A stretch of 64,000 nucleotides of DNA from contig NC_081356.1 of NCBI RefSeq assembly GCF_030684315.1, positions 132,792,933-132,856,932 on the forward strand. Direction: 5' to 3'. Under the pieces are notes generated by a model. The model ran no database searches, was not told the origin of the DNA, and worked only from the letters and a program-made list of their open reading frames with translations. Made by a program: the position numbers and the translations under genes. Source of the DNA: Stegostoma tigrinum (lineage: Eukaryota). The stretch's first letter is position 1; each line of letters begins with the position of its first letter. Shown here one piece after another: positions 23,801-37,137 of the stretch.

Positions 23801-26800
23801 CATCTCACTGTATGTGATAATCTCAACAGTACAGATGCAACACAGTGATTCCAGCTGATGTTCCAGATCGAAATGGAGATTTCTCATAATTATAACTGAA
23901 GACACTTTCTGCACGCCGAGTCACCCTGGACTTTGGAAGTATTCCTGATTTACTGCACTGCACAGGAGACATTGCCAAGCTGCCCTGCCATAGCCTACAC
24001 TTAAATTAGTCACTATACATTTACATACTTGAAAGAATATTAAATGTGTACGGGTGGGCATTGATCTCTGCTCTCCATATGGGTGTGCATTGATCTCCAC
24101 TCTCCATACAGTTGGGGAATTGATCCCCTGTCTTTATACAAGTCTGAATGCAAGGCATGTTGATCAGGGAGCACATCTCAGTATTGGCAAACTGATCTTG
24201 CCATCCAATCTTGAGGTGACTGTACAAGGAAGACAAGTGAAAGTGGTGTAGCTTCTCTGCATAAACTATCTGTTTCACAAGCACAAGACTGAGAACAACT
24301 GGTCTGTAAAACTTCAATTTTATTGGGAGACCAGAAATTGTTCACTCTCAGACCATTTCTTTTGTAACTTTCCAAAGCCAACACTTGCCTTATTTAAAAT
24401 CAAATGAAGAACTGTGGATGCTGGAAATCTGAGATAAAAGCAGAAATTGATGGAAATGCTCCAGGTCTGGCTGCATCTGTGAAGAGAGAGCAGAGTTAAT
24501 GTAAGTGACCCTTCTTCAGAACTGATGGTAGCAAGAAAGAGAGGGTATATATGCTGAAGACTTGAGGTAGAGGGAGGGGTGGGGTAAAGGGTAAGAGATG
24601 GAAATAGTTTTAGCTATGTTGGCATTGATTTAATCATCAATATGATCTAATGTGGAGAGAGTGCTGCTCAATTTCGTATAACTGCTGACCACTTCCTGTA
24701 CTATTTTGCTTCACTTTTTTTTGTAGGGCTGTGGTTTACAAGTTCATTCACTTTGATGTTGGTGGTGGCACTGACTTTTATCACAGACCAAGGAAGCAGT
24801 CCAAAGAGGCACTTCTGGCACTGTTGTCATGAATAGGAAGTCACAAATCACACATTTGCACACTTTGGTTTTAGTTTGTAGTCTTATAAACTTGAAGACT
24901 TTGCACGCTAAGTAATTTTTTATTAATTCAGGGAATATTGTTAACGTTGGCTGGGCTAGCTTTTATAGTTGGCCTAGAGAAGCTGGTGGTGATCTGCCTT
25001 CTTGAACTGCCTCAGTCTGTGTGCTGGAGGCAGACCTGCAAGGTGCCTAGGGAAGGAATTCTAACACCGAATGCTCTAGAAGGCATATGTAATGACATAA
25101 CTAGGAAGAATATGCCAATAATGAAAAATCTGTATTCTTCAAGCCATCAAAAGTTGAGAATTACTTCATTTAAACCTCAAAAGTTGCTTGACTGCCTGCT
25201 TTTTGGGACTAGAGCAATTCACACTGGAAGCTAAATTTGATCAGAAATTGGCTGTGTCATTTTAAAGAGTGTCTTGGTGGGGATCCTCTCTCCATTACAA
25301 CCTAGCAAGTTTTCTCATGTAATTTCCCAGATTTGCTCGATTACTTGTGCACCATGTCCCTATGTTCATCTTGTATTCTCCCATTTGCTGTAGGTGGAAC
25401 TACTCAGCACTGGTGCAACATCCTGAGATTCCTGCCAGCAATACCATATTTAAAAGGCTGTTTTGTACGAGATTAAATTCTTCAGTTCAGAACTGTCCTG
25501 TCATTGGCCTAGACATGGCAAGCAAAGGAAAATCGGCATCCCACTTTGGGGACAGGTACCTGGAGGTCCTGGTGAACGGATTCTGTCTGTCTGTCTCTCT
25601 CTCTGTCCCACTTGCCTCTGTTAATAGATCTTATTTCGGGCACTGGACATCAATACTGTGTCAATCACCTGTCTAAACCCTCTTGGCCAACGTCCATCGG
25701 TTGCTATTTATGATGCCAGAATGACTACTGTCCCCTTACACACCTCACCTCTATTTAGGTTAGTTTTCATTCTCAAAATAAATCAAACTGAAGCTGATTG
25801 GTGAGGATGTGGTTAAGTTTTTTTTCCCCACTTGTTGGTTCCCTCACCACCTGCTACATACCCAGTCTGGCAGCTATGTCCTTTATGATCTGACCAGTTT
25901 GCTCAATAGTAATGCTGCTTAGCCACACTTGGTGCTGAACATTTATTAGGGAGGTGCGTCGGGCAAGTGCTCGTCAGCATGAGGTTTCCTTGCCCATGTT
26001 TGACCTGATGCCATGAAACCTCATGGGGTCCAGAAGCAATTTTAAGAACTGTCAGCATAATTCCCTCCTGACCGTACTGCTGTGCTGTCACCTTTGCTAG
26101 GTGTCACCTGTGGTGGGACAGCAGATACCCAGGATGGTGTTGGTGTTGCCCGGATTTTTGTGTGTGTAATTACTTTTCTGAGCTGCTCCTTGAGTAGTCT
26201 TTGAGTCTCAGACATTAGTAAGGATCACTTTGCGGGATCCACAGGACTGTGTTTGTCATTGTTGTTTTTGGTGCTGAAGTCAATGCCAGGAGGTTGGCCC
26301 AGTTTCATTCATTTTGGAGAATTTCATCAAGCTTGGTACCACTGCATGGCTTTGTAAGGTATATCACATGGCAGTTCAGAGTCCACTACATTGATAAAGG
26401 TCTGAAGTCTGCTGTAGGCCAGACCAGGTGAGAATGGCAGATTTTCTTCCTTGAAGGACATTTGTAAGCTTGATCGATTTTTCTGACAATCGACAATCAA
26501 TTCCATGATCATTGTTAGATATTTTCATTCCAGATTTCTAATGAATTCACTAGCACTATCCTTTCGGACTTGGTTAATTTAGCCTGAAGAGATACTATGG
26601 CTGTCCCCCAGCTATCTTTTCAAGAACTGGTCCCTGATAATTGTTACCCTTGACTTTTAGTGTACGGAGCATCATGACTGACTGTGGCTTATCCCATTGA
26701 GAGGCTGCCCATGACTTAATATACACAGACCTCTTGACTGAAGGGTGTTTCCCTGGACCTACCTGAGGAATACTCCCCTTAGACTTTGAAACATGACATT

Positions 26801-27920
26801 TGCTTGCTTCATATGTAACGTGTTTCTTGTATATGTTGCTGGCATGTGGTGCAGCTGGGTGATTGGTAGAATGCTGTGCCGTTCAGTAATATGTGCACCC
26901 TGTTTGACTGACTGCTGACTAGCATGACCAGCCGCCTGGCCTTTTTTCTGCTATAAATTGCAAGACAAGACAGAAGTACTGTGAGCCTTTATGGTGTGGC
27001 TGAGATGGCAAAGTATAAAAAGCGAGGTATCCAGGTAGGCACAAAGTTGCTGAGCAAGCAGCCCTGAGTTACTGCCTTGTCTAATACATGAGCTGTCCCT
27101 GTGTATGTAGACCCCTTGCAGTAACATTCCAATAGTGCCGGTGCGATCCAAATAGTTCTGAGGTATGCCATGAAGGTGCAGGTAGGCTGGCACATGTTAG
27201 ATGCCAACATCCACGATGTGGGCTGCATATAGCCGCTGACCATGAAGTGTATCTGTAGTGATTGGAATGAGGTTGGCTAGGTAGATCTCATTGAATATGA
27301 GTTCCCTTACTGAGGCTGTTAACCTGGGCCAATCAGGGAACCCTGGCTGACACACATAAATAGGAGTCTTAGGAAATTTCCGTACTGTAAGGACTTCCTC
27401 TGCGCCGGCTGGTCAGAGCCCATGTACTGAGCATATGTAAATAAAGTGAGACTTGATGATAGGATATCGGCCTCTTTGGAACTACTTAAATGCCAACGAG
27501 AGAAAACAGTACGCTCCTGAAGAAAATTTGCTTGTGACAGTTGACTTTGAGTTGGGGTAAGCATATCTGGATTCATGCCTTTATTTGGGAAACTTGACTT
27601 GTTTGATCATGCCATTGGAGACTGGGCCCAATGTATGGAAAGAATGTGTTAATTGTTCTGGGCAACTGTCACTGGGGGCACATGAAAAGCAACGGTTATT
27701 AGGAGCTACATAATAAAGTGTGAAGCTGGATGAACACAGCGGGCCAAGCAGCATCTCAGGAGCACAAAAGCTGACGTGGAGCTTTTCCCCAAGACACCAG
27801 ATACCAAAATCTTTCAAAGTTTGATGGATTTAGTTACGGAATATTATAATCCCTGCCTCCTCTAATTCTGAGATGTTATCGGTTTTACTTGACAGTTCGG
27901 AACCGGGGAATCTGTATTGG

Positions 27921-28146
27921 CAGAGATAACAAGGTGTAGAGCAGGATGAACACAGCAGGCCAAGCAGCATCAGAGGAGCAGGAAGGCTGATGTTTCGGGT
28001 CTAGACCCTTCGTCATTTTCTGAGGAAGTGTCTAGACCCGAAACACCAGCTTTCCTGCTCCTCTGATGCTCTTGGTCTGTTATGTTTCTCCAGCTGTACA
28101 CCTTGTTGTCTCAGATTCTCCAGCATCTGCAGTTCCTACTGTCTCT
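27921..28146. mobile_element. Palindromic Penelope-like insertion (family A variant) with 12-bp TSD inside Gypsy gag
   Basis: Inverted arms centred near 28017 and a tail at 28112-28146. TSD AATCTGTATTGG at 27909-27920 and 28147-28158. Confidence 0.88.
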
Positions 28147-29844
28147 AATCTGTATTGGTATTTTTGATGAGATTAAGATGACAGGCAGAGGCATGTGATT
28201 TTTGGGTTAACTCTGAATGAGATGCAGACAGATTGTTTGGTATGTGAGATTAATGACATAACCATGCAAAAGCATCTACTAACTGAAGCCCAACTGGACC
28301 TCAAACAAGCACTACAGCTAGTTTCGTCATTAGAAAATGTGGCAAGTGGAGCATGTGAGCTACAGGATATGCCAGTGGAAGTGGACACCTTTGCCTGTCC
28401 AGCTGAGCTTTGGGAACACTGCGTGAATGTAGGCAATTGCAGAGCCTTACACAGGACATATCCTGAGCAGAGACACCTTAGATCAGCCTATTTTAAAACC
28501 CCAAAACAAAGCTGAGCCTCGGTCAAATGGCTGCAGTGCTCTTCAGGATCTGGCCTGGCAAGCCATTGTAGTTGCTGCCAATATGTGGACTTGAGACAGC
28601 AAAGAGTTCTAAAAGGCTTGACTTGAAGAAGAGAACTCATAGATCAGTATCCAGGAGAGTGCAAACCCTGAGAAGTCCACCTACACATGGTTTGGAACAG
28701 TTAAGTTGCTTAGCAACATCCAAAGCACAACTGATCAGTTTTAAAGGAGGTCGATACCAGTGCAGAGCCTGCCTTTAACAAGATTCGCTCTGGACTCCAA
28801 GGCCTTGGCCGGACTGAGAATATGCAAAACTGAGAACCATGACATATTAAGGGTACAATTTTTGTTCTGGTCTCCTAAAGAGTAGTTTGTGCAGTTACCA
28901 CTGATTATAGTAAAAGGCTTGGGCCCAAGCTTGATGAGGCAGAATTGGTTGGGAAGGATTTACCTTAATTGGCTCAACATTTTTTGGTTAGAAAATGGCT
29001 GCCCGAGTGAGATCCTAATTAAATACCCAAACATTTTCAGGAAGTTCTTGGGTCTATTAAAGGAGCCTAGGCCACCTTGCATGTTGACCAAGACACAATA
29101 CTGTGATTATTCAAGGCCCGCTCAGTGACATTTGCCTTGTGTGCAAAAGTAGAGGCAGAAATCAGGAGGCTGAAAAGTGAAGGAATTATCACATAGGGCA
29201 GTTTGCAGAATGGGCTGCACCAGCCACACCAATTGTGAAGCCTCTTGGCTCAGTTCACCTTTGTGGATAGGTAAGCAAATGGTAAACCACCTCTCGCAGC
29301 TGAATAAATACCCCAATCCCTCGTGTAGAGTACTTGTACGCAAAATTGATGTCATAGGTGGCTATCATTCACAAGGCTGGATGTGACCCATGCGTACTTG
29401 CAATTGTGACTAGATGAGAAGTCCCAGAAGTATGCCACAATTAATACTCATGAGGATTTGTACCAATGTACAAGTCTGCCAAGACTTGTATCATCAACCC
29501 GCACCCTTTTCCAGTGGACGATGGAGAATGTTTCCAAAGTCTACCCCTGGTGTCCATTTATCAGGACGTGCTACTAATGGGAAGACCAATAAAGAACCCT
29601 TGGAGAATCAGTTGTTACTTTTAAATCATAAAAATCTAGCATTCAAGAAGGTAAAAGGGAAGGCAAATGGAATGTTGCTAACACTATACAAGCCACGAGT
29701 CAGACCATAGCTGGAATACTGTGATTTGGGGCCCTTATCTAAAGAAAGATGTACTTGCATTGGGGGCAGTCCAGAGAAAGTTCACTAGGCTGATGCTGGC
29801 TCTGGAGAGACTGTCTTATGAGGAGGTTGAGTGGGCTGGGCCTG

Positions 29845-31376
29845 TTCCTTCTTATAATGCGGCGAACAGAACTATATGCAATACTCCAAGTGCGGCTGCA
29901 GCAGAGTTTTGTACAGCTGCAACATGGCCTTATGGCTCCGAACTCAATCTCTCCACCAATGAAATCTAACACACCGTACGCCTTCTTAATAACCCTATCA
30001 ACCTGGGTGGCAACTTTCAGGGATCTACGCACATGGACACCGAGATCTCTCTGCACATCTACACTACCAAGAATCTTACCATTAGCCGAGTACTCTGTGT
30101 TCCTGTTAATCTTTGCAAAGTGAATCACCTCACTCCTTTCCACATTAATCTCCATTTTCCACCTTTCAGCCCATCTCTGCAGCTTATCTATGCCCCTCTG
30201 TAACCTGAAACATCCTTCCACACTATCCACAACTCCACCGACTTTACTGCCATCTGCAAATTTACTAACCCATCCTTCTATGCCCTTTTATACCCTAAGA
30301 ACTCAATAAGGTTTGTGAGGCACTACCTACTCTTCACAAAACCGTGTTGACTATCCCTAATCAATTATTCTTTTCTAGATGATTATAAATTCTATCTTTT
30401 ATGATCCTCTCCAACACTTTACCCATAACCGAAGTAAGGCTCACTGGTCTATAATAACCAGGGTTGTCTCAACTCCCTTTCTTGAAGAAGGGGACATTTG
30501 CTATCCTTCAGTCTTCTGGCACTATTCCTGTCGACAACGATGACATAAAGATCAAAGTCAAAGGCTCTGCAATCGCCTCCCTGGCTTCCCAGCGAACCCT
30601 AGGATAAATATCATCCAGCCCAGGGGACTTACCTATTTTCACACTTTCCAGAATTGCTAACACCTCCTTCCTTATGAATTTCAATCCTGTCTAGTCTAAT
30701 AGCCTGTATCTCAGTATTCTTCTCAACAACGTTGTCTTTTTTCTGTGTGAATACTGATAAAAAATATTCATTTAGCGCCTCTCCTATCTCTTCGGACTCC
30801 ATGCACAACTTCTCACAACTGTCCTTGACTGGCCGTAATCTTACTCTAGTCATTCCTTTATTCCTGACATACCTATTAAAAGCTTTAGGGTTTTCCTTGA
30901 CCCTACGTGCCAAAGACTTCTCATGTCCCCTCCTGGCTCTTCTTAGCTCTCTCTTGTGGTCCTTCCTGGCTAACTTGTAACTCTCAAGAGCCCTAACTAA
31001 GCCTTCACGCCTCATCTTTACATAAGCCTCCTTCTTCCTCTTGATAAGAGAATCAACTTCTTTAGTAAACCACGGTTCCCTCTCTTGACCACTTCCTCCC
31101 TGCCTGACAGGTACATACTTATCAAGGACACGCAATAGCTGTTCCTTGAACAAGCTCCACATTTTAATTGTAGCCAGCCCCTGCAGTTTCCTTCCCCATT
31201 CTATCCATCCTAAATCTTGCCTAATCGCCTCATAATTGCCTTTCTCCCAGCTATAACTCTTGTCCTTCAGTATATACCTATCCCTTTCCATTGCTAAAGT
31301 GAATGTAACTGAATTGTGGTCACTATCACCAAAGTGCTCACCTACCTCCAAATCTAACACCTGGCCTGGTTCATTA
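29845..31376 (-). mobile_element. CR1 LINE ORF2 fragment (endonuclease C-terminus to RT, internally deleted)
   Basis: ORF 30629-31396 contains VGEHFGDSDHNSVTF and VKENPKAF; ORF 29739-30230 is the RT C-terminus. Confidence 0.88.
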
Positions 31377-31974
31377 CCAATGAGGCAACACTGCATTGGA
31401 GAAAGATTAGCACTGACTTAGACAGAGCTATAAGATAGTAAAAGGGTAAGTGCACAACTTGGTGCTTGAACAGCGATCGATGTAAAACTATCTACTTGTA
31501 CATGCAATGAAGTGTCAGCTGTGCCATCTCTGTGCCCTGAGATGTGTTGGTTTGTGGTTGCTATCCCAGTATACCCACAGTGAAGGGCAACTCTAGACTG
31601 AAAGTGCTTGACTGGGCCAGGGATCCGCGGATTTTTCAGCAATGTCAGAAATGTCTGCCTTGGATGAGCGGGATGCCACAGGTAATGAACAGTGTTCCCC
31701 CTCATTTTCTTGCCAAATATGCAGGCCTCCGAGGTTTGTGCTTGGTAGTGACTGGAATTGGAAGTCAGTTCTGCGACTGGTGTATTGACACTGATCACTG
31801 TGCATGGAATCTGGAGCAGCCACAAGTCTGCGCAGCTGCCCAGTTTAGAGGAAATGTTAATAATGAAGCCAGCTTAGGAACTTAGCATGAGAAAACCTTA
31901 GGGCCTCATGGAGAGAAAGCCTCCATGAAACTAACCAAAAATATAACTGATACCTGATAAATCTCAGTCCAAAC

Positions 31975-32570
31975 TGCTTTCCTTCATTGGTCAGAGCATT
32001 GATTATCAGAGTTGAGAGTCATGTTGCAGCTGTACAAGACATTGGTGAGGCTGCTATTAAAATTCCACATACAATTCTGGTTGTCCTTCTATGGGAAGGA
32101 TGTTGTTAAACTAGAAAAGGGAAAAGTTATGAGAATGTTGCTTGGATTGGAGGGTTTGAGTTTTAAAGTGAAGCTAGATAGACTAGGGCTTTTCCCCTTG
32201 GATTGTTGGAAGCTGCTGGGTGACATTATAGAGGTTTATAAAGCCATGAGGGGCATAGATAAGGTGAATAGCTAAGAGCGGGGAATTCCAGAACTAGAGG
32301 GCATAGCTTTAAGCTGAGAGGAGAAATATTTAAAAGGCTCCGAAGAGGCAACTTTTTCACAGAGATGGTGGTGTGTATATTGAATGAGAGGAGGTGGTAA
32401 GGGAGTGCATTTACAACATTTAAAAGATGTTTGGACAGGTCCATAAATAGGAAAGGTTTAGAGGATATGGGCCAAATGCAGGTAAGTGGAATTAGTTCAG
32501 TATGAGAAACCTGTTGGCATGGATGATTTGGACTGAAGGGTCCATTTCTGTGTTGTATGACTCCATGACT
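31975..32570 (+). mobile_element. CR1 LINE 3' fragment
   Basis: VMLQLYKTLVR...LGLFPLD and a 3' tail ending TGACTCCATGACTCC. Confidence 0.8.
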
Positions 32571-33375
32571 CCAAATGGCTGAGCAGGCACAAAGCGTCAA
32601 ATGACTGACTGCAGCTCCAATTAAGTGAATCAGTGGTGTAATGGTACTGTCACTGGACTGGTGCTCTGGGGACATGAATACCCCTATGGTACATGGTGAT
32701 ATATGAAATTATTAAATAGCTAGAATATAAAGTTAGTCCAGTTGCAACCATGTAATAACTGTTAATTTTCATTAGCACAGAAACATAGAAAATAGGAGTA
32801 GGACTAGGTCATTCGACCCTTTGAACCTGTTTTGCTATTCAATATGATCGTGGCTGATCATCCAACTCGCTACCTTGTTTCCCTGTCCTTTGATCCTTTT
32901 AACCCAAAGGATTATATCCTTGAAAGTATTCAATGCTGTGGACTTAACCACTTTAAATGGCGTAGAATGTCATGGACTCATTACTCTATAAGTGTAGAAA
33001 TTTTCCTTTATCTCAGTCCTAAATTACCTAGGCCACATCCTTAGATCTTGTGGTTGTGGACTTCCTGGTTATCAGGAGCATTCCTCTTTCACTTACCCTG
33101 TCGGTTGTGTTAAACTTTTATAGGTTTCAATGAGATGCCCCTCATCCTTCAAAACTCTGATGAGATAGTACTAACCAATCCAATCTCTCTTCATATTTCA
33201 CTCCTGCCATCCCGTCTTGTTAACTAATGTCCTTATCAGGTCTGGTATAGAGGTTACTCTTGACCCATCATGATGTTGTTGACTCTTACCTGCTTCTGGA
33301 CAATTGGGCTATACAAAGTGTCCCTGCATGGCATTGGGGTGGTATTAGCTCATTGGTGGCCCAGTGGAGAGGAAC

Positions 33376-33538
33376 CAAAAGCACTGCGGATTAATAAATT
33401 TCAGGAACAAAAACAAAGTTGCTGGAAAAGCTGAGCAGGTCTGGCAGAATGGAGGAAGGGTTACTGGACGTTAACTCTGTGTCTCCTCCACAGATGCTGC
33501 CAGACCTGCTGAGCTTTTCCAGCCAGTTTGTTTTTGTT
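33376..33538. mobile_element. Palindromic Penelope-like insertion (family C) with 15-bp TSD inside Gypsy RNase H
   Basis: GGAACAAAAACAAAGTTGCTGGAAAAGCT.AGCAGGTCTGGCAG and its reverse complement, with a one-sided tail. TSD CCAGTGGAGAGGAAC at 33361-33375 and 33539-33553. The PLE assignment rests on architecture only. Confidence 0.75.
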
Positions 33539-36500
33539 CCAGTGGAGAGGAACGTATGCATCCAGGACTTTGGCCAATGCAGAGCGTAAATACATCCAGT
33601 TAGAGAAGGAAGGATTGGCGCTCATATCTGGAGTCTGGAAGTTTCACCAAAACCGTTGTGGATGAAAATTTAAGATTATCAAGGACCACAAACCTCTACT
33701 GAGTCTGCTCAAAGAGGTTAAGGCATTCAACAATGGGCTACAAAATTAAGTGCTTATAATTACAAGTTAGAACACCATGTGGGGGGCCAAGTAGTGAATG
33801 TGGATGCATTGAGCCACCTCCTATCAACAGGTACACCACTGGTGGTAACCCCAATGGAAGAGTCTGTAACAGTGTTAAATTTTCTTAACATGTTCTCAGT
33901 CACAGCTGACTATATCAGACTTTGAATATAAAGATCCAGTCCTGTCAAACTGAAACTACTGGTGATGATGGGGGATACCTAAGGGCTATCACAACTAGAA
34001 TTGAAATCTTATTTGACCCGGAGAGACCAGTTTACAATAGAGGACGGCATATTATTATGGGGAGCAAGAGTGATTGTCCCGAGCAAATGTTACCACGAAT
34101 ACTGGCTGAATGCCACCAGGGCCATACAGCAGGTATCTAAAATGAAGATGTTGGTGAGAACTTATGTCTGGAGGCCAGATTTGAATGTGGTGGCAATGCC
34201 TAGAGTGCCAACAAAAGGCCAACAGCTCCCCACATATGTGGAAGTGGCTGGGTAAATCTGGGGCTCAGTTGCATGTCAACTATGCAGGTTCTTTCATTGG
34301 TTCAATGTTTTTAGTCATTGTAAGAACCCACTCAGAGTGGTTGGACATGCATAGAGTCCATTTGTCAAACATGGGGATGATGATAGAAAAATTGCATGCA
34401 TCTTTTTCAATGCATGGAGTCTTGAAAATGTTGTTCACAGATACTTTAACAGCAAGGAATTTGGGTGTTCCATAAAGTTGAATGGGATCTGGCATACAAG
34501 TCCAGCTCCAAACCATCCCACATCCAATGGCCTGGCAGAGCAGTCCACACTTTGACGGCAGGCACGAAAAACAGCCTGCAGCCTTGCTAGATACCAAGCT
34601 ATCCTGGTTCTTATTTTATTATAGGATGCCCACCCCAACATGCAAATACAGAGACATCACCAGAATAGCTGCCGTAACCCATGCATTCACCCTTTCTGTC
34701 AAGCATCAATTGGTCCTCTGAATCAGAGATGGACATGATGGATGTAGCCGCCTCAATGCCTTTGCCACTGGAAGAAGAAATTGAAAATCACATGAGGTGC
34801 TCCTGGTGCAAGAGGTGAGCTCATGTGCATTACACGCTACCTGCGTCAGACACCAAGTCAGAGAAAACTGACCCGGAGTTCAAACACGCCAGGAGACTCT
34901 CTAAGAGAAAGGACTGGACTATATCCTTGGACTCAGAATAGAAGGGATATAGTGATTGTTATACGGTCAGCCAGCTGGAACTCATAGAAAATCAGTTCCC
35001 TGCTTATGGCTGTTGATCTGGTCCAAACAGGGAGCCCTGGCTGACAGATAAAAAGAGGCATGTCAGATGTTCTGTACGATGAGGGCTGAGTCTGAATGAG
35101 ATTGTAGTGGAGGCAAGAACTCTTTATGTGTGAATAAAGAGTGACTTGGTGAGGGGATACCGGCCGCTGTGGAGTTATTTCATCGGTCTCCTAGTTAAGG
35201 GATTGGGATACTCCCACTGCATCACAAGAGCTCTTTCCATTAGTCCTCTTTCTTTAATACTGGCCTAGCCAATGTTGCTCACATGCCATGAACAAATCAA
35301 AAAGAACGTAAAGGCAAAGACAGATTTGGGTTTGTACTCATTCGTTACAACCTTAATACCTCAGATTTCTGATTTAATCAACTTCTCTAATCAAGTTTCT
35401 TGGTGATATTATTAACCACCTCTGCAGCAGGTTGGGCTTGAACCTGGGCCCCCTAGTCCAGGGCTAGGGAAAGTACCACCATACCACAAGCGGCCTCGCC
35501 CATCACCATCAATTTCCGATTTTTAAATTTAACCTATTTTTCTAACCAACTTGTTCAGAGATGTTATACACACTACTGGAACAGGTGGGACTTGAAGCTG
35601 GGACTCCTAGCTTAGGGGTAGGGACACTACCACTACACCACAAGTGCTCCTTCCATAGGGTCTTTTCCAACATGGATTGCTTCTTTCAGGTGGGCTGTTT
35701 CTTAGGGCCGAGGTGATAATGATGCTGTTTTACACGTACAAACTCTCCTCTATCCATAATATCCGTAACATAGGTTGTAAGATCTGATTTGTCCTTACAG
35801 ACTCCTTTAACCACTATAAGCAGCTTTGGGTCACAGACAGGAAATTCTGCAGCTGTGAGCGTAAATTTAGGATGGCATGTTGCTTTCCTGGTACTAGGTT
35901 TATGGACGTCTCAAAACATTGTTAAATCGAAGATTGAGAAGTCAGAAATTATTGTACACATTGGTAGGAATAACATTTTAAGGGGAAAGATTAAAACTTT
36001 ACAGAGTGAATATAAGAGGTTAGGTAGGAGATTTAAAAAAAACGTTAAAAGGCTCAATTTCTGGTTTATTGCAAATGCCAAATTCGAATGAGGGAGGGAA
36101 CAAAAGGATAAAGGAGATAAATCAATGGCTGAAAAGGTGGTGTAATCTTCAGCATTCCAGGCTTTTAGATAATTCAAATCTGTTCTAGAACAGAAAAGAC
36201 CTGTTCAAAAAGAATCAGTTTAACCTGAAGTGGAAAGGGACCAATATCTTTAGCAGTGAGATTTGTGAGTTCCATTACAGGAGACCTTACACTGCTAGAG
36301 CTGGCGGAGTGGGGGAATTCTATGTAGCAGTATAAATAGGAAGATTGATGAGGAAAGTTCTGAGCGTGAAAGAGCAAATTGATTAGAAAAGAAAGACAAG
36401 AGAAAGTTAGAGAATGTAATAATACTGAAGAATTTAACTGCATTGATTTCAATCCAAGAAGTCTTATAGGTATGAACTCAGGGCACGTTTAGGAACATGG

Positions 36501-37019
36501 GATTGGGATGTCATAGCTATTACAGAAACTACATTGCTCAGTCCCTGAGTACAAAATTTTGGGTGTCATGTTGAAGTTGTACAGGGCATTGGTGAGGCCT
36601 CTCCTGGAGTACCGTGTCCAGTCTAGTCACCCTGTTTATGAAGGATAGAACATAGAACACTACAGCGCAGTACAGGCCCTTTGGCCCTTGTATTGCGTCG
36701 ACCTGTGAAACCAAACCAAAGCCCATCTAACCTACACTATTTCATTATCAGCCATATGTTTATCCAATGACCATTTAAATGCCCTTATTGATATTATTAC
36801 GCAGATAGGGTTCAGTAAAGATTTACCAGTTTATTGCTAGGTATGGACAGTTTGAGTTATAGGAAAGCCTGGATAGACTGTGACTTTTCTCAAGGAAGCA
36901 TAAGAGGTTTATAAAATCATGAGGAGTGTGGATGAAGTTAATGGTAGGTGTCTTTTCCCTAGGATTGGGGATTTTAAGACAAGGGGATGTATTTTTAAGG
37001 TGAAAAGAGTAAAATTTTA

Positions 37020-37137
37020 AAATCAATGCAGTTATATTCTTCAGTATTATTACATTCTCTAACTTTCTCATCTTTCTTTTCTAATCGATTTGCTCTTTCA
37101 CGCTCAGAACTTTCCTCATCAATCTTTCTATTTACAC
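37020..37137 (-). repeat. About 118-bp inverted copy of 36330-36449, embedded in a CR1 3' end
   Basis: The reverse complement matches 36330-36449 with few mismatches. Confidence 0.9.

Larger units (their letters stand above)
27254..35182 (+). mobile_element. Decayed Gypsy LTR retrotransposon (5' LTR 27254-27489, 3' LTR 34948-35182) with many nested insertions
   Basis: Two homologous ~235-bp LTRs share CAGGGA.CCCTGGCTGACA and AATAAAG..ACTTG. PBS-like TGCCAACGAG at 27491 and a purine tract just before 34948. Gag/protease/RT remnants at 27500-29590; RNase H/integrase remnants at 33310-34650 (LHVNYAGSF, HPTSNGLAE). Confidence 0.8.

Noticed and set aside
24052-24140. Three ~30-bp imperfect tandem units (GCATTGATCTC...CTCCATA)
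   Set aside because: Short, degenerate local slippage with no supporting context.
31418-31885. Overlapping ORFs with a faint resemblance to a Harbinger transposase motif (SIAVQAP)
   Set aside because: Motif order and catalytic residues could not be confirmed; too weak to call.
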